Shown here: in pieces, positions 37,677 through 50,574 of the stretch | Numbering within the stretch: the stretch's first letter is position 1 | Layout of the letters: each line of letters begins with the position of its first letter | Assembly (NCBI RefSeq): GCF_001447785.1 | Contig: NW_015163605.1 | Span: 274,787 to 338,786 of the forward strand | DNA from: Gekko japonicus | Taxonomy: Eukaryota | Length of the DNA stretch: 64,000 bases | Reading direction: 5' to 3' | Notes under the pieces: model-generated | What the model was told of the DNA's origin: nothing | The model's input: only the letters and a program-made list of their open reading frames with translations | Database searches by the model: none | Program-made: the position numbers and the translations under genes

Positions 37677-38113
37677 TCAAGGGTTGCTACATAGAGGCAG
37701 GCAATGGCAAACCACCTCTGAACCCCTCTTGTAGGGCCGCCAAGTCCCCCCGGGGGGCGGATTTCCCCAGCTTTGGAGGCCCGATTTCTGCCGCCGCGGA
37801 ATCGGGCCCCGGGGGAAACCCCACCCCGGCGTGCACGTCACCCGAAGGTGACGTGATGACGCCGGCCATGCTGGGGGTGGGGCCACAGCCATCTGAGGGG
37901 AAAACTCTATGTTTTCCCCTCAAATGGCTGTGGCCCCGCCCCCAGCGTGCCTGGCATCATCACGTCACCTCCGGGTGACGTGCATGTGGTGTGTGCGCGC
38001 GCGCTGAAGACGCTGTCCGGGAGCTCCCTGCCGCAGACGAAAAACAACTTGGCAACCCTACCCTCTTGCCTTGAAAGCACTATGGGCCATAAATTGGCTG
38101 TACCTTGACAGCA
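37576..38113 (+). mobile_element. 5S-rRNA-derived SINE with RTE-like tail, interrupted by a hAT MITE
   Basis: cctgatctcatcagatctcagaaactaagcag...tggtcagtacttggatgggagacc is the 5S internal control region; tail ggcaatggcaaaccacctctg...cttgccttgaaa. Confidence 0.85.
37732..38060. mobile_element. Young CpG-rich hAT MITE, same family as 33270, opposite orientation
   Basis: TIRs tagggccgccaagt / acttggcaacccta; perfect TSD ccctcttg. Confidence 0.92.
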
Positions 38114-40379
38114 ATTTTTTTAAAAAAGCAACCCTGTTTACATAGATAGTTCTGAGCCTGGTACAGAAGTCTATAAGATCAGCAGCAAACTGCACACAGC
38201 AAGCAATGATGCATTGCTTCCTCCCTTGTTGGGCAGGAATGATCATAGCAGATTCAGCTTTCTCTCCCATTCACTATTTATTCATTGATTCAGAAAATGT
38301 GTGTGTTGCCTGCTCAAGGCAGCGCACAAGATAAAATAATAAAATCATTAAAATTAACAGGCCATTAAAAAAAACCTAACCAAGGAAAACACTGAGTACA
38401 AAAATGCACTAAACAATTGGAGGGTAAAACAAGATAAAACATAGAAGAAGGCAAGATGTTTTTCTGGCTTGGAAGAAGAATAAGTTTTAATAGCTGCCTG
38501 CTTCATTTCTTGGGGGAAGCAGAACAATTGTGAACAAGGGGCTCTTATTAAAAACAACGCCAAAGACGTTCAAGCCAGATATCAACATTTCCACTCAAAT
38601 TTCAGATAGACCATGAAATGCTGTAAACCTATTATTATATTACTTAAATGGCTGTCCAGGCCAGCCATAATCTGACTACAAATCAAAATGAGAAGACTAA
38701 TGTAGCCATTGGGTCCTTCTCTGGCACCGCCTAGGGAGGGGAGGAAAAGTGGGTGCTCACAAAAGGCTGGGAAGTGGCCAACCAGCCACGAGTCTCTCCT
38801 CAAGGAACATGAGAACACTAAATAATCCAGAACTCACATACTTTATTGGTGAGCAATCACACCCAGCTCGCCAGAGAATTGTGCCACACTCCCTGCTCCA
38901 ACTGCCTGGTTCCCTATACTTCTGCACATCATGAAAGTTTTGACTATCACTCATCCTCTCAACTCCTCTCCACAACCGCCCTTAAATCCTGGTATAAGAA
39001 CTGCTGTTGGCCTGGGAAATGGGGGAGGAACCCTGACCTCCTCCACCCCCCAGCATCTTCTCCAGCCCAATGAGGTGCCTTTCCCCATTAGGGAAGCTGC
39101 CCATCCAGTTATCTAATCATGCTCTAGCTGATGGCCTTTGGGCAACACCCTGGCCACAGGTTTAACCCTATCCATACCAACAGGGTCAAGTCCTTGACCC
39201 TTCACCCTACACCCAGGGTGGAACATCTCTGTCTTACATGCCCTGTGGAACTGCATTAAGCCCTGCAGGGCATGGATGTTATTCAGCTGAGAGTTCTATC
39301 AGGTTGGGGCGAGGGAAGAAAACGCCCTGGCCCTGGTCAAGGACAGCCGGATGTCTCTCGGGCCGGGGACCATCAGAAGGTTCTTATCAAGTGAGCGCAA
39401 TGCCCTTCAGGGGGTATACCAGGAGAGACGGTCCCGAGTGGACTTACCATTAACAAAATATATTAGATCTCATTGAGAGTAACCTTCACAGACACACCCA
39501 CAAAACAATCTCTGGCTATCTTTGTCACTCTCACATGTGTATTAAGTCTACCTCGCCATGAGTAGAAAAGCTGCAGAGCAGAAAACTGACCTTACACTTC
39601 TAAAAAAATGTCCATTTCTATCTTTCCTTCCATGACCACCACGATCATGAACACCTTTGTCATTTTTTCCAAGGCAAGGATTTCTGATCTTTTCCTTTGA
39701 AAGCATTCAATACTAGCAGGGCAGGTACCAATGAAATAATGAATTCTGCTAACTGTGACCTGTAAGGTAAGTAGGCCACACAATTGATAAGAACTGAGCT
39801 TGTGAAGGCATAGATGACAAAACTACAGATTTTTTTTACTATTTATCAAAAAAGTTATCTTGTGCTTTTCCTTGTGGCCAGATTACAAACCACAATTTAA
39901 AACGTACACAGTAAAGCCTCTTCTTCAAAAATGCCTGCAGTCTATACTCCGTTAAAAGTCCTGGCATATAAATGTCCTTGCAGTGCCTCCTGAAATTTTT
40001 TAGAGCATGTTCCACCGCTCCCCACCTCAGGGAGCCCATTCCGCAAAGGGAAAGCTACAGTAGAGAAAGCACGGGCTCAGGTTGATGTCAGAGTGTGATG
40101 TAGCAGCTAGTGTAAGACTAGGATCTGGAAGTCTCAGGTTCGAATCCCAACTCTGCCATGGAAGCTGGCTGAGTGACCTTAAGTCAAGTCACATACTCTC
40201 GGCCTAATCTACCTGACAGGGTTGTTGTGAGGGTAAAATGGAGAAGAAGAGAACGCTGTAAGCCACTTTGGATCCCCCTTGGGGAAAAGGCTGAGCTTAA
40301 ATGAAGTAAATAATAAATGCCAAGTGGGTCACCTCTGGGAGGGCAGGGGACCAGCCAATAGGTGGCAGTCTGAGGACCC

Positions 40380-40641
40380 CAGTTGGAGATTATGATGTAA
40401 TACTGAATACCAAAAATCCTGTGTGGATTTCCCGTCCTGTAGAAACCTGCACTTTTTGGAAGCCTGTATCTGAAACAAAGGAGCTGCGGACACAATTAAA
40501 AATAAGACGCTGAACTGCAGTTGGAGATGATGATGTAATATGAGCACCCAAAAATCCTGTGTGGATTTCCTGTCCTGTAGAAACCTGGAACCTTTACCTT
40601 TACCTATCTGAAACAAACAATTTTGGCACACAATTAAAAAT
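40380..40641 (+). repeat. Diverged ~140-bp tandem duplication
   Basis: cagttggagat.atgatgtaata...aaaatcctgtgtggatttcc...cacaattaaaa occurs twice. Confidence 0.9.
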
Positions 40642-42222
40642 CTGAAAACCTTTTAGAAATCAGAGATGACTGCTACCTATAAAGTGGGCTTGGATGTTTT
40701 CTTTGCGGCTTGCTTTGCTGAACTGCACAGCCCTATTCCACGGCAGTCTATAATCACAACGACGTTTTTTTAAAAAAGAAACCCAACGTCTCATTAATGT
40801 TCCTGACATGACTTACAAATGAAATTCAGAATTAAAAATTCAAGAAACATGCAACAAAATCCATTAAACTAGAAGTTTAAAAGCACAGGTCGAGGAATAG
40901 CTGCAGGGAATCCCCCAGCTCTTACAAACCTTCTGCTAATTCAGCACAGGGTAAGTTGTGAAAGCAAAAACTGTCCCTACTCTGCCATGGAAACTCACTG
41001 GATGACCTTGGGCCGCTCCTTCTCACTATAACCTACCTCACAGGTTGCTGTTGTAAGGATAAAATGAAGTAGGGGACAACAGTGTTGTAACCTGACTTTG
41101 GGTCTTCACTGGGGAGAAAAGAGGAATATAAGTATCTAAATAAATAAGGGCAGGCTGGAGAATCCATAAATTCTCTGCCCAGTTAAGATAAACAATTTCA
41201 TGACCACAATGCTTCATATTCTTTCTTTGAATCATAGCAAACAACGTAATTTAACAGAGCTGTCCAGCTTTTATTTAACTATTCTTCAGTGCTTTTTCTC
41301 AAAGTATTAAGAAACCAAAGTTCTTGCAGCTGTTTGTAAATTAAATATGACCTTCACTTCCCACTTAATTCTTTGAGGAATCCAAAAATTACCACTAAGA
41401 GGTCTATAGGTATTCCACAGTGCATTCCTAAGCAGAGTTCAATGCACTTAGAAGGATGTTATCCTGTTTAGGACTGTATGGCTGACCTGTTACATTTAAA
41501 TTTCCTGTCCCAACCAATTTTTACATAGAGACGGCCCCACCTTATTTGCAACAAATCAGTCCTCTTTGTTCCACTTCTTCAATCATTACATAAAGTATTC
41601 TGGAAGATTGTTTCAGTCTCCTCCAAGTGTCAAGTAACATGTCAAACACGTTTTATAATTATTCTCCATTAAATTAATGTTAGCAGACGTCTTCAATCCT
41701 TCTTCCCACATATATTTCCAAATAGATAACTCAGATCTTTATCCCACGCATTGCAGTAGCTGGTTTTTATATTTGGCAGAATGCAAGTTAATCATTAAGT
41801 TGATAAAATTTAGATGGCTTCCCTTTGGTAACTTCAAACATAATGTCCTCAAATTCACATTGCCCTCTCATGTGACTCTTAAAGCTGTGGACGATTTGAC
41901 TCCTGCCTCACCCCATTTTTTTCCCCACTGCTGACATGATTATTGCTGGCCAGGCACCCAAAAGTAAAGGTGTGCCTTAATTGTACATTCCACCATGGTA
42001 AGACTCAAACCATCATCTCTTGTTTCCCCTCTCCCACAGAGCTTTTCACTACTGAACTACTAGGAAGGTGGAAGTAGCTTGTCCTGTAAATCAGGAAGTG
42101 CAAGAAAGTATCTTCCCGTCACCAGATATTCTTTCCCTAGCAAGACTTGAACCCTTATCTGGGTGAAGGCCACAACTGTTCCCTCCCAGCGGAGCTGTGA
42201 AGTTGACTGGCTGATGTTCCCA

Positions 42223-42773
42223 GGTCCTGGTCACACGGACCGGAAAATGCGGGGGGGAAACGTGGCTGTTTGCCCCGGAGCAAAGTAACGCACGGCAGCC
42301 TGATCACATGTCCCATGGAGGTCCCGTGGGTATGCCGTTAGGTGCTGATCACACAGCTATCCTGCAGCGCGGCAAAGAAGCATCGTGGCGCAATCACACT
42401 GGCAATCGCTAGGCGCCGCTTCCGTGGCAAACGGGAATTTTTTCACCTCACCACAGTGTGCACATGTGCCGGTGGGCGTTTGTGCGCATCCTGTGGAGAC
42501 TTAAAAAAAAATCCGGTTTGTGACAGAACATGGGCGGGCGCCGGATGCCATGGGATTCCAGCGGAAACGCGATCAGACGCCCACCCTTGCCCCACGTTTT
42601 CCAGAAACTAGCACATCGTATGTACTAGTTTTTTACTCCGTATCTTCGGCAAGAAGCCACGGGTTAGCCACGGGTGCACTACGCTTCCCAGATGTTGCGG
42701 CGTGATCGCACCCGGAAATATCCGCCTATCATCCGTATCTTTAGCGCGGCAAATGCTCTGTGTGAACAGGGCC
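42223..42773. mobile_element. PIF/Harbinger-like MITE, CpG-rich
   Basis: TIRs ggtcctggtcacacgga / tctgtgtgaacagggcc; 3-bp TSD cca. Confidence 0.8.
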
Positions 42774-45289
42774 CCAGAATGCCTGTGTTTCCTTCCTTTG
42801 TTTCCCTGTCTTATCCCATCACAGGACTTTCAGGCGGGAGGATACATCACAATGTGCTCTTCAATCTCTCCAGAGTGAGGACTTTCTTGTAACTGCCCCA
42901 CTAAGCATGGATTCCCTGAGCTGCCTACTTTTGACATCACATTGATAGGACAGGGAAAGCCAAAGGTATGACCTCACCTATGCCTAGGCCAGGACCATGG
43001 GCAACAGAGCAAAAGAGCCAGGGACAAGGAAACATAATTGAAGCACAAGGAGGAGTACCACAGAATGGAACAAGCCAAAGGTCAGAGTCCTGGAGGAATC
43101 TTCTCCATGGCTGAGTGACCTCTCCTCCCTGTCTCCTGCTCCCCTCAGCATGAATGTGAAAGGGGCAGAAAGTGTGGCACTCCGCATGCATGCAGAAATT
43201 TCTTTCCCCAAACTCAACAGATAACAGCAGGACTATGGAACTCACAGCCCAACAGGGGGTGGCTCCATGGCACATGGATTGAAACCCACTGACATAAAGG
43301 AATTCAGTTCTCCACTTGCAGGGATCCATGAAGCTGCATTAATTGCATGTCAAACATCATATTACGGGCAAAATTTGGAGAGATATCCTTGGAAGCAAGA
43401 ACATGGCCATTGCCTTCAAACTGAGATTAAAACAGCTCTGTACTGAAGATAAATCGGGATACCCACAAATCAACTTAGATGAAAGCCCTGGATGAAAAAC
43501 TGATGAAAGTCAGAATGTTGATTGATGATATTTTTGAGATGGGCAAGACCAAAGCATTTTCTCCAATCGAAAAGCGAGTCCTGGAAATCGACCATAGTAG
43601 TTTGATTTTGAGAGCCCACAGAGTTTGCTCACCCCTATTTTTTGGTCTTTCTTACCCAAAATCTTTACCCCCCCCCCCTATATGTACTATCTTACCATCC
43701 CACGTTATTGCAGAGCTTTTTTGTTTGCAAGACTGAACATTATAGCTACAATGGTTACAATGGTTTTGCAAGGGAGATTTTTGAATAGGCCCTACACTGA
43801 CAGAATCAGCACTGAACAGGGTTGATACGTCCTTTCATGCCCTGCTAGAATGTAGATTTTTTTGAGATTATGGGGGATTACTATACTAAGCGTTTATTCA
43901 ACCAATCTTCCCCTTGTATTCCGGAAACCCTGGCTCTTTTGCTCAGTGAAAAGGACCCCAAGGTCACTCTAGCAATTGCAAAATTGGTCTCAGTCCTTTT
44001 AGCCCTTGCATCTAAAAAATAAGAAACAAGTGTTTTCTGCTGCTCAAGTTTCATGAATCAATGAGCTTCTCAGGGTACAAGAGGAAAGGCGCTGCATTAA
44101 TTATAGGACTTCCATGGGCTATGGAATTACACTACCTGTTGCTTAAAGTGACACAATATTTCTTTCTATTCTTCTATTTTTACTCCACAGGATACCAGTG
44201 AGCTACACCAGTGTAAATTCTGGCATATGTGAGTGCCATCTTTGGATGGACCTGTAAAGCACCTAAATATTTTACAGGGTTTACTCTCTCACTGAACCTC
44301 AATGAAGAACAACATAGCTTCATTTGGGCAGCAATACTTTGGACCCTTCCCTAGGAATAAACCCCACTGAACAGAGAATGCACTGCTAATTGATTGTCCG
44401 AATGAAAAATCTACAAACCCTGTTCTATCATTATTTATTTCAAATTCAGGTATTTGTATGAATAATGACTTCCCCTGGTGGAAGGAGAGGAAGCCATTTT
44501 TTGCCGATCCTTATTTTCAAAGGCAGATTCCCTCAAAATACCAAACACTGCTCCCAGGGATTCTCTGAAACCTTAGAACAGCATTTTGGGACCCATGGGT
44601 AGCAAGGAGACAGGAAAATTCGGCTCATTTTGCTGAGCTCCCCACGTTCTACTCTGGTTTCAACTTAATGGGTCGGGATCCAGAACAAAATTTCCACTTG
44701 CACTAGAGCTCTTGCCCAGGAGGAAACACAAGGAAAAAAACCCTGGAAGTCACTTGTGCTACGTCAAATTTATTTATTTATTCCCACTTGCAATTCTACT
44801 TGCTGCACTTGATCTTAGCCAAAAGGCTGAGGAGCCAAGCTCACCTTTTTAATCTTACTGGGTTTTCTAAGGTGAGCAAGATGTCATCGGATAAGCAGTA
44901 ATTTTGTGATCTCATGAATACATTCAGTGTTTTTTAAATCTAAGTTTAGGATTATTATTTAGGGGGAGGGGGGAACCCAGCTCTCTGGATTAGAGTCCAC
45001 CACTCTTAACCACTACACCATACTGACTCTCTAATGTCTCTAATACCCAGGATAAAGCATCACCATTATTGGAAGCCCAGATTTCAGCTAAAGACTGGCA
45101 CTTGCATTATGGTCAGCTTTTGGGGTCCTTTTCTACCTTAGCTCAGGTGGGCAATAGTTAGGACCTTTGTTCTAACCTTCAAATTCAGGCCCAATGGCCC
45201 CTTGTTACAGTTCTTGAGATAAAAGTCTCCATTTCCTCTCTTGCATCAAGCAAAGCTCCTATGAAAGACAGAATTCCTCAAGAGTTATT

Positions 45290-45730
45290 TAAATACTTCC
45301 CTGACCGGTAAAAGCATAATCGTCCCCATCTTCAAAAAGGGCAGCAAGCAGGACCCCAGAAACTACTGACCAATAAGCCTGTTAAATACATCCTCTAAGA
45401 TTACAGAAAATATCTTCTTAGTAAACTGGAGGAGTCAGAACAGGCTAATGAGGTCATTCACCCAGAACAAGTGAGCTTCAGGAAAGGACAAAGTACTACA
45501 GATCATAACCCTCACCACATTGATTGATCCTGCCCTGAAATTGTATCAGAGCAAGGCCACAGCACAGCTTCTATATGGAGCAGAATTTTGGGGCTGGAAT
45601 GATGTTCTCATCAATAACCTGGAGACTGTTCAAAAAAAAATTTTTTTTAACTAGCTTTGCTTAAGGGCATTCCAGCTGCCTTGATGTGGGTCGAACTTGG
45701 CCTTCCTTAAGGGCCCAGGTACATGTTTGC
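45290..45730 (+). mobile_element. Decayed non-LTR retrotransposon RT fragment
   Basis: IIVPIFKKGSKQDPRNY*PISLL...EQVSFRKGQSTTDH and QLLYGAEFWG motifs, with stops and frameshifts. Confidence 0.75.
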
Positions 45731-46181
45731 TTCAAGTAAATTTTGATGCAAGCAAACGAAGGCCCCAGTCTTCCATCTCTCAAGACAATGTTTCATCCTC
45801 ATCGAGAATGGATAACACCTGGGTCACTAGACACAATATTTATTTATTTATTTTATTATTTTATTATTCAAATTTATATCCTGCCCTCCCCAACGAACTC
45901 AGGGCGGCTAACAATAAGGGCACAAAGCCATGATAAAACAGTTAAAAGCAGAATAAAACAATAAAAAATTACAATAAAGTGCTGGTGCTCTGAAAGCTCA
46001 TAATTCCAAGATGGGTTCTGAAAGATGGACCAAGAACAACGAAGCAAGTTCCAAGACAACGCTGCCTTCCGATCTTCAGGCCAGGGCCATCATGCACCCC
46101 GATGGCATCCCCACACTTTGTGGTAGTGGTGCAGTGGTGGTGCAGTGGTGGTGCAGTGGTAACAATAGTATTCTTAATATT

Positions 46182-46735
46182 GGCCCCGTTCACACGGAGC
46201 ATTTACCGCACGAAAGATACGGATGATAGGTGGATTTTCCGGGCGCAATCACACCGCAACATCTGGGAAGCGTAGTGCACCTGTGGCTAACCCATGGCTT
46301 CTTGCCGAAGATACGGAGTAAAAAACTAGTACATATGATGTGCTCCTTTCCGGAAAACGCGGGGCAAGGGCGGGCGTCTGATCGCATTTCCACTGGAATC
46401 CTGTGGCATCCAGCGCCCGCCCATGTCCTGTCACAAACCGGATGTTTGTTTGTTTTTAAGTCTCCACAGGATGCACACAAACGCCCACCGGCACATGTGC
46501 ACACTGTTATGAGGGGGAAATTCCTGTTTGCCACAGAAGCAGCGCCTAGCGATTGCCAGTGTGATCACGCCACGCCGCTTCTTTGCCGCACTGCAGGATA
46601 GCCGTGTGATCGGCATCTAATCGCATACCCATGGGACCTCCAAGGGACATGTGATTGCGCTGCCGCGTGTTACTTTGCTCTGGGGCAAACAGCCACGCTT
46701 CCCCCCTGCATTTTCTGGCCCGTGTGACTGGGACC
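46182..46735. mobile_element. PIF/Harbinger-like MITE, inverted relative to 42223
   Basis: TIRs ggccccgttcacacgg / ccgtgtgactgggacc; TSD att. Confidence 0.8.
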
Positions 46736-46833
46736 ATTATTTTCTAGTTGACTCCCAAGGGATTCCCCTGGTATCTCCAAACTCCATGAATGGATACACA
46801 TACCTTTCATACCTTGATGGATAGGCATACAAT

Positions 46834-47185
46834 GGCCTCGGCCACACGGGCAGGAAAATGCGGGGGGAGGCGTGGCTGTTTGCCCCGAAGCAAACTAATG
46901 CGCGACTGCATGATCAGGCGTCAGGTTGTGGTCCCGTCAAGCTCCCGTGGTTAGGGGGGAGGTGCCGATCACACGACGCGGCAAAGAAGCAAAGCGGCGC
47001 GGCAAACAGGGTTGTGGGGTTTTTTTTAAACTGAAATGTGTGCATTCTCTGTTGGGTGCTTGTGCGCATCCGTGGAGACTTGGGGGGGGAACCTTTTTGC
47101 GAGGGGACATGGGCAGGCGCCAGAACTACCACCGGAAACGGGATCAGATGCCCGCCCTTGCCCCGCGGTTTCCGGAAACTAGTAC
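46834..47185. mobile_element. Truncated copy of the same Harbinger-like MITE
   Basis: ggcctcggccacacgggcaggaaaatgcgg...ccggaaactagtac, fused to a truncated Squam3-like SINE. Confidence 0.75.
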
Positions 47186-47427
47186 CTCCTTCACTACCCG
47201 AAGGAGTCTCAGAGCAGTTTACAATCTCCTTTCTCTTCCCCTCCCCACAGCAGACACCCTGTGAGTTAGATGGGGCTGAGAGAGCTCTCTCGAGAACTGC
47301 CTTTGAGAGAACAGCTCTGAAAGAATTTATGACTGACCCAAGGTCCCACCAGCAGCTACATGTGCAGGAGTTTATGGGTTGCTTAGGGCTTCATGTTCAT
47401 CAGCATCAGCCCATCAAAAATCTGTAA

Positions 47428-48840
47428 ATGGTCCGGTTTTCGGCGCTTCAACGATGGCCGCATCTCTCTGTTCCTCCGAGAGATGTGTGCCATGAATCAG
47501 GGATTAGGAGGGAGTGTGATTGTGCGCACTCCCCCATGGAGTCCATAGGCAATGGGCTCCTAGCCAGGGGGCTTTGGAGAGCCCTACCTCCGGCCGACAG
47601 CCGGCACAGGGGGGCTACTCTCTGCCCCGAAGGTCCTGCCCTAATTCCCAGTATTGGATTTGAAGCGACCACCGGGACAAGCATATGAAGGTTTGGCGAG
47701 TTTACTCTGCCTAGCGAGATCCCAGGGAGACCTGTTGAATCATTTTTGAAGACGGATGAGTGAGTTTAAGTTAAAGCGAGACATCGGAGCCCTGTTGCGA
47801 AGCCCCTACAAATTAAAGCAGGAAGGGGGAGGGGACGCCCTACCCCCTCAAGCGATTGAACGAAGTGGGACGATGGGAGACTAAGCTAACAGTGGCAATG
47901 GATTACAGTAGAAGGACTAGATTAGATAAATTTTCCAATAAAAGCGTTTATAGACCTTTGAGACTTTGGCAACTTTAATCAGTAAATGTAAACAACCCTC
48001 CAAGATGGCGATCAGAGGCATTGAGGGAGGTGGGACGCAAGTTTCTCTCAGGAAGAAGAAAAATGGAGGGCTAGGTCAGGTGACCTAACCATAGACTCTT
48101 CCTACAGCATAGAATCGGGTGCCATCTGCTGGCTAAAGTGGGATATTTGACAGGAACGGCTCTAAATGTGGTGATACTTTTAAAGGGACAGTGTTTATAA
48201 CAAGAAGCAGCGAACCTTGGATTATAGATGAAATTGAGAACGTGTCTATCTTATATTGGATGGTAGCAAGCAGATCAAAAAGCGATAACAAAGGGTGGAT
48301 TACTCTTGTACTATAAAATCTACATGCAAAGTGAACGGCTGGTCTCTCCAACCAGAGTGTGGATGAAGCAACAAGCAAGTGAAAGCCCTGGAAAAAGGAA
48401 AGTGGTACTAACTGGACAGAGCCTGTTTCATTAAAGCTGTTTATGAAAGAAGAATCAACAGAGAAGGAAGAGGATCGATTGAGATGACTGTATGGACTGA
48501 GTGAATCTAGGCTCCACAACGTAGCGTTTGTGGGGAGAGAGGGAAAGCGTAATGGGAGATGTCAATGTCTTTTAAGGTCTCTATATTTTTTAATTAGCTT
48601 TGGAGCTATTCTCTGTCTAGACAGATAAGCTGGATTTTAACTTGAAGCGATGAACAAGGAAACTCCTCATGTCGGAAGTTAATTGTCAAGAGTTACAACT
48701 TTGTATCTATAAGCATATGTAACCTTCTACACTTGGGCTTTTAGTGCCTTCTTCTCTGTCTCCCTTAGTCTGTTGTCTTCCCCATTCCTTTTTTTTCGTT
48801 ATAGTTATGTAGTTATTTTAGAAATGCAAATTTTAAAAAA
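47428..48840 (+). mobile_element. Possible L1/Tx1-like internally deleted retroelement
   Basis: CpG-rich 5' start (tccggttttcggcgc), A-rich purine-skewed body, T-rich 3'UTR and A tail; no intact ORF. Confidence 0.35.
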
Positions 48841-49164
48841 TCCCCTTCGGGGGGGGGGGCAAAAAATATATATCTGTAAATGCAGTAATGACAGCAGCTG
48901 TTAAAGCCACAGCCTATCTAGGGTGCCTTTAGTTCCACTTCTTTAAATCTAACAATTTATAAATGTCAGGATGCAATCACTTATAGAGCAGGCTTTGCAT
49001 CTGGAATAAGTACAGAATATGATGAAATTACTGAAGTGGAGGTTCCAGCCTTGTTTAAAAACTAATGCGATGTGAAAGTTTACATGACATTTTTAGTTGT
49101 AGCTATGGCCTGCATCCTGTGAAAGTTTGCAAGGTTGTACCCATCTGAAGTTTACAAAAAATGG

Positions 49165-49392
49165 CAGTGTGGTGTAGTGATTAGGGTGTCAGTCTAGGAT
49201 CTGGGAGACCCAAGTTCAGATTTCCGCTCTCCCATGGAAGCTCACTGGGGGACCTTGGGCCAGTCCCTAGCTTTTAGCCTAACCTACCTCACAGGGTTGT
49301 TGTGAGGATAAAATGGAGCACAGGAGAAGGACATAAGCCACTTTGGCTTCCACTGGGGAGGATGGGGGAATAAATGTAAATAAATAAAATAA
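49165..49392 (+). mobile_element. Older Squam3/MIR-like SINE (related copies at 21470-21665 -, 40090-40315 +, 40975-41146 +, 47190-47370 -, 44970-45030 -, 1075-1150 -)
   Basis: tRNA head, gaccttgggc CORE, cctcacagggttgttgtgagg, (aaat)n tail. Confidence 0.8.
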
Positions 49393-49769
49393 AACTTGCT
49401 CCCACAATGATGCTGCAAATCTGATTGCTTTTGTGTATAAGCAGTGTTCATACATACGCACCCTCATGTAATTTACGAGAGCTATTCATCGTGCTCTGTA
49501 TTACTTGAGTTGCTACTCCAAAATCCTATTTTAGCATCCCTGAATTTTCTTCTCCAACTTAATGCCATTTGCCAAAGACTGTTACATAACAGCTTTCAAT
49601 AGGAGAGCTGTGTATTTTTAGTAACAACATAACATTTTTACAACCTCATCCAGCGTAAGGAAGAGGACTGTGCCTTGTGACATCCCTGGATTACAAAAGG
49701 TGACAGGTGATGCTATGGAAAAGGAGCACACACTCCTCAAATAAGTTCAAAATGCTACTGTGTACTGCC

Positions 49770-49855
49770 TCATTTGGAATATGGTGTATGGTTCAGGTTG
49801 CCTTATCTCACAAAGGATGGAGAGTTTGAAAAAGTGCAGAAGAAGGCAACCAAGG
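49770..49855 (+). mobile_element. Short CR1 ORF2 fragment
   Basis: catttggaatatggtgtatggttc...gaaaaagtgcagaagaaggcaaccaa resembles 63260-63350. Confidence 0.6.
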
Positions 49856-50114
49856 CACCGGTCACACTGGGGGAAATAGGCACGGCCAAAGTGCGGCTTT
49901 TTTGAGCCTCACCAAAAGAGTCTGCAGTGCAGATGCAGAGATGCAGTGCAGATGCTGGTATGTATCCAGACACCTGTGTGCTTTGCAAAGTGGGACTCGC
50001 TTGCTTCTTGCTGCTGCTGCCATTTTGTGGTTGTGTCCACCATCCTGTGTCAGAATGATGACACCTGCCTTACATTTTCCAAGTTAACTGTAGCTATTGA
50101 TATATCTGCATCAG

Positions 50115-50574
50115 GATTTCTACGAAGTGGTGGAGTGGCGAAGCGGCGGAGCAGCGGCGAGGTTGGCGAGGCGATCCCTGGTAGCCAGTAAGCGTAACAT
50201 CGAAGTGGCGAGACCCGACAATGGCGGAGGCGGAGTCGCGGAGGGGCATGGAGGCGCAGGCGCAGCGGAGCCGGAAATGGCCGTTGGCCGGGCTGTGGCT
50301 GACACGGGCCGCATGCCAGGAGACTGCCGAGCTGGAGGACCTGCTCCTGAACACCAGAGACGGGACACCGACCCCGAAGACCGCCTGGAGGAAGAAGCCG
50401 GAGCCGGAGAACAACAAGCCCTGCCACCTGGGTGCCGGTAGGCAGCCCCACCCCTGTGTACTATGTGGCCTTAGATAGGGAACTGTATTTGGAACTTGCC
50501 TGTAAACCGCTCAGAGACCCTTCGGGGTCAGAGCGGTATATAAATCGAATGTATGAATAAATAAATAAAAATAA
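50115..50574 (+). mobile_element. CpG-rich short retroposon with L2-type 3' tail
   Basis: Tail tgtaaaccgctcagagacccttcggggtcagagcggtatataaat...(aata)n preceded by ~350 bp of very CpG-rich sequence. Confidence 0.55.

Noticed and set aside
37590-37680. 5S rRNA gene
   Set aside because: Lacks the true 5S ends, is diverged, and is fused to a retroposon tail in multiple dispersed copies, so it is a SINE head.
39839-40039. ORF containing YMPGLL, resembling exon 5 YMSGLL
   Set aside because: Similarity is limited to a few residues, and the true exon 5 is at 34249-34321.
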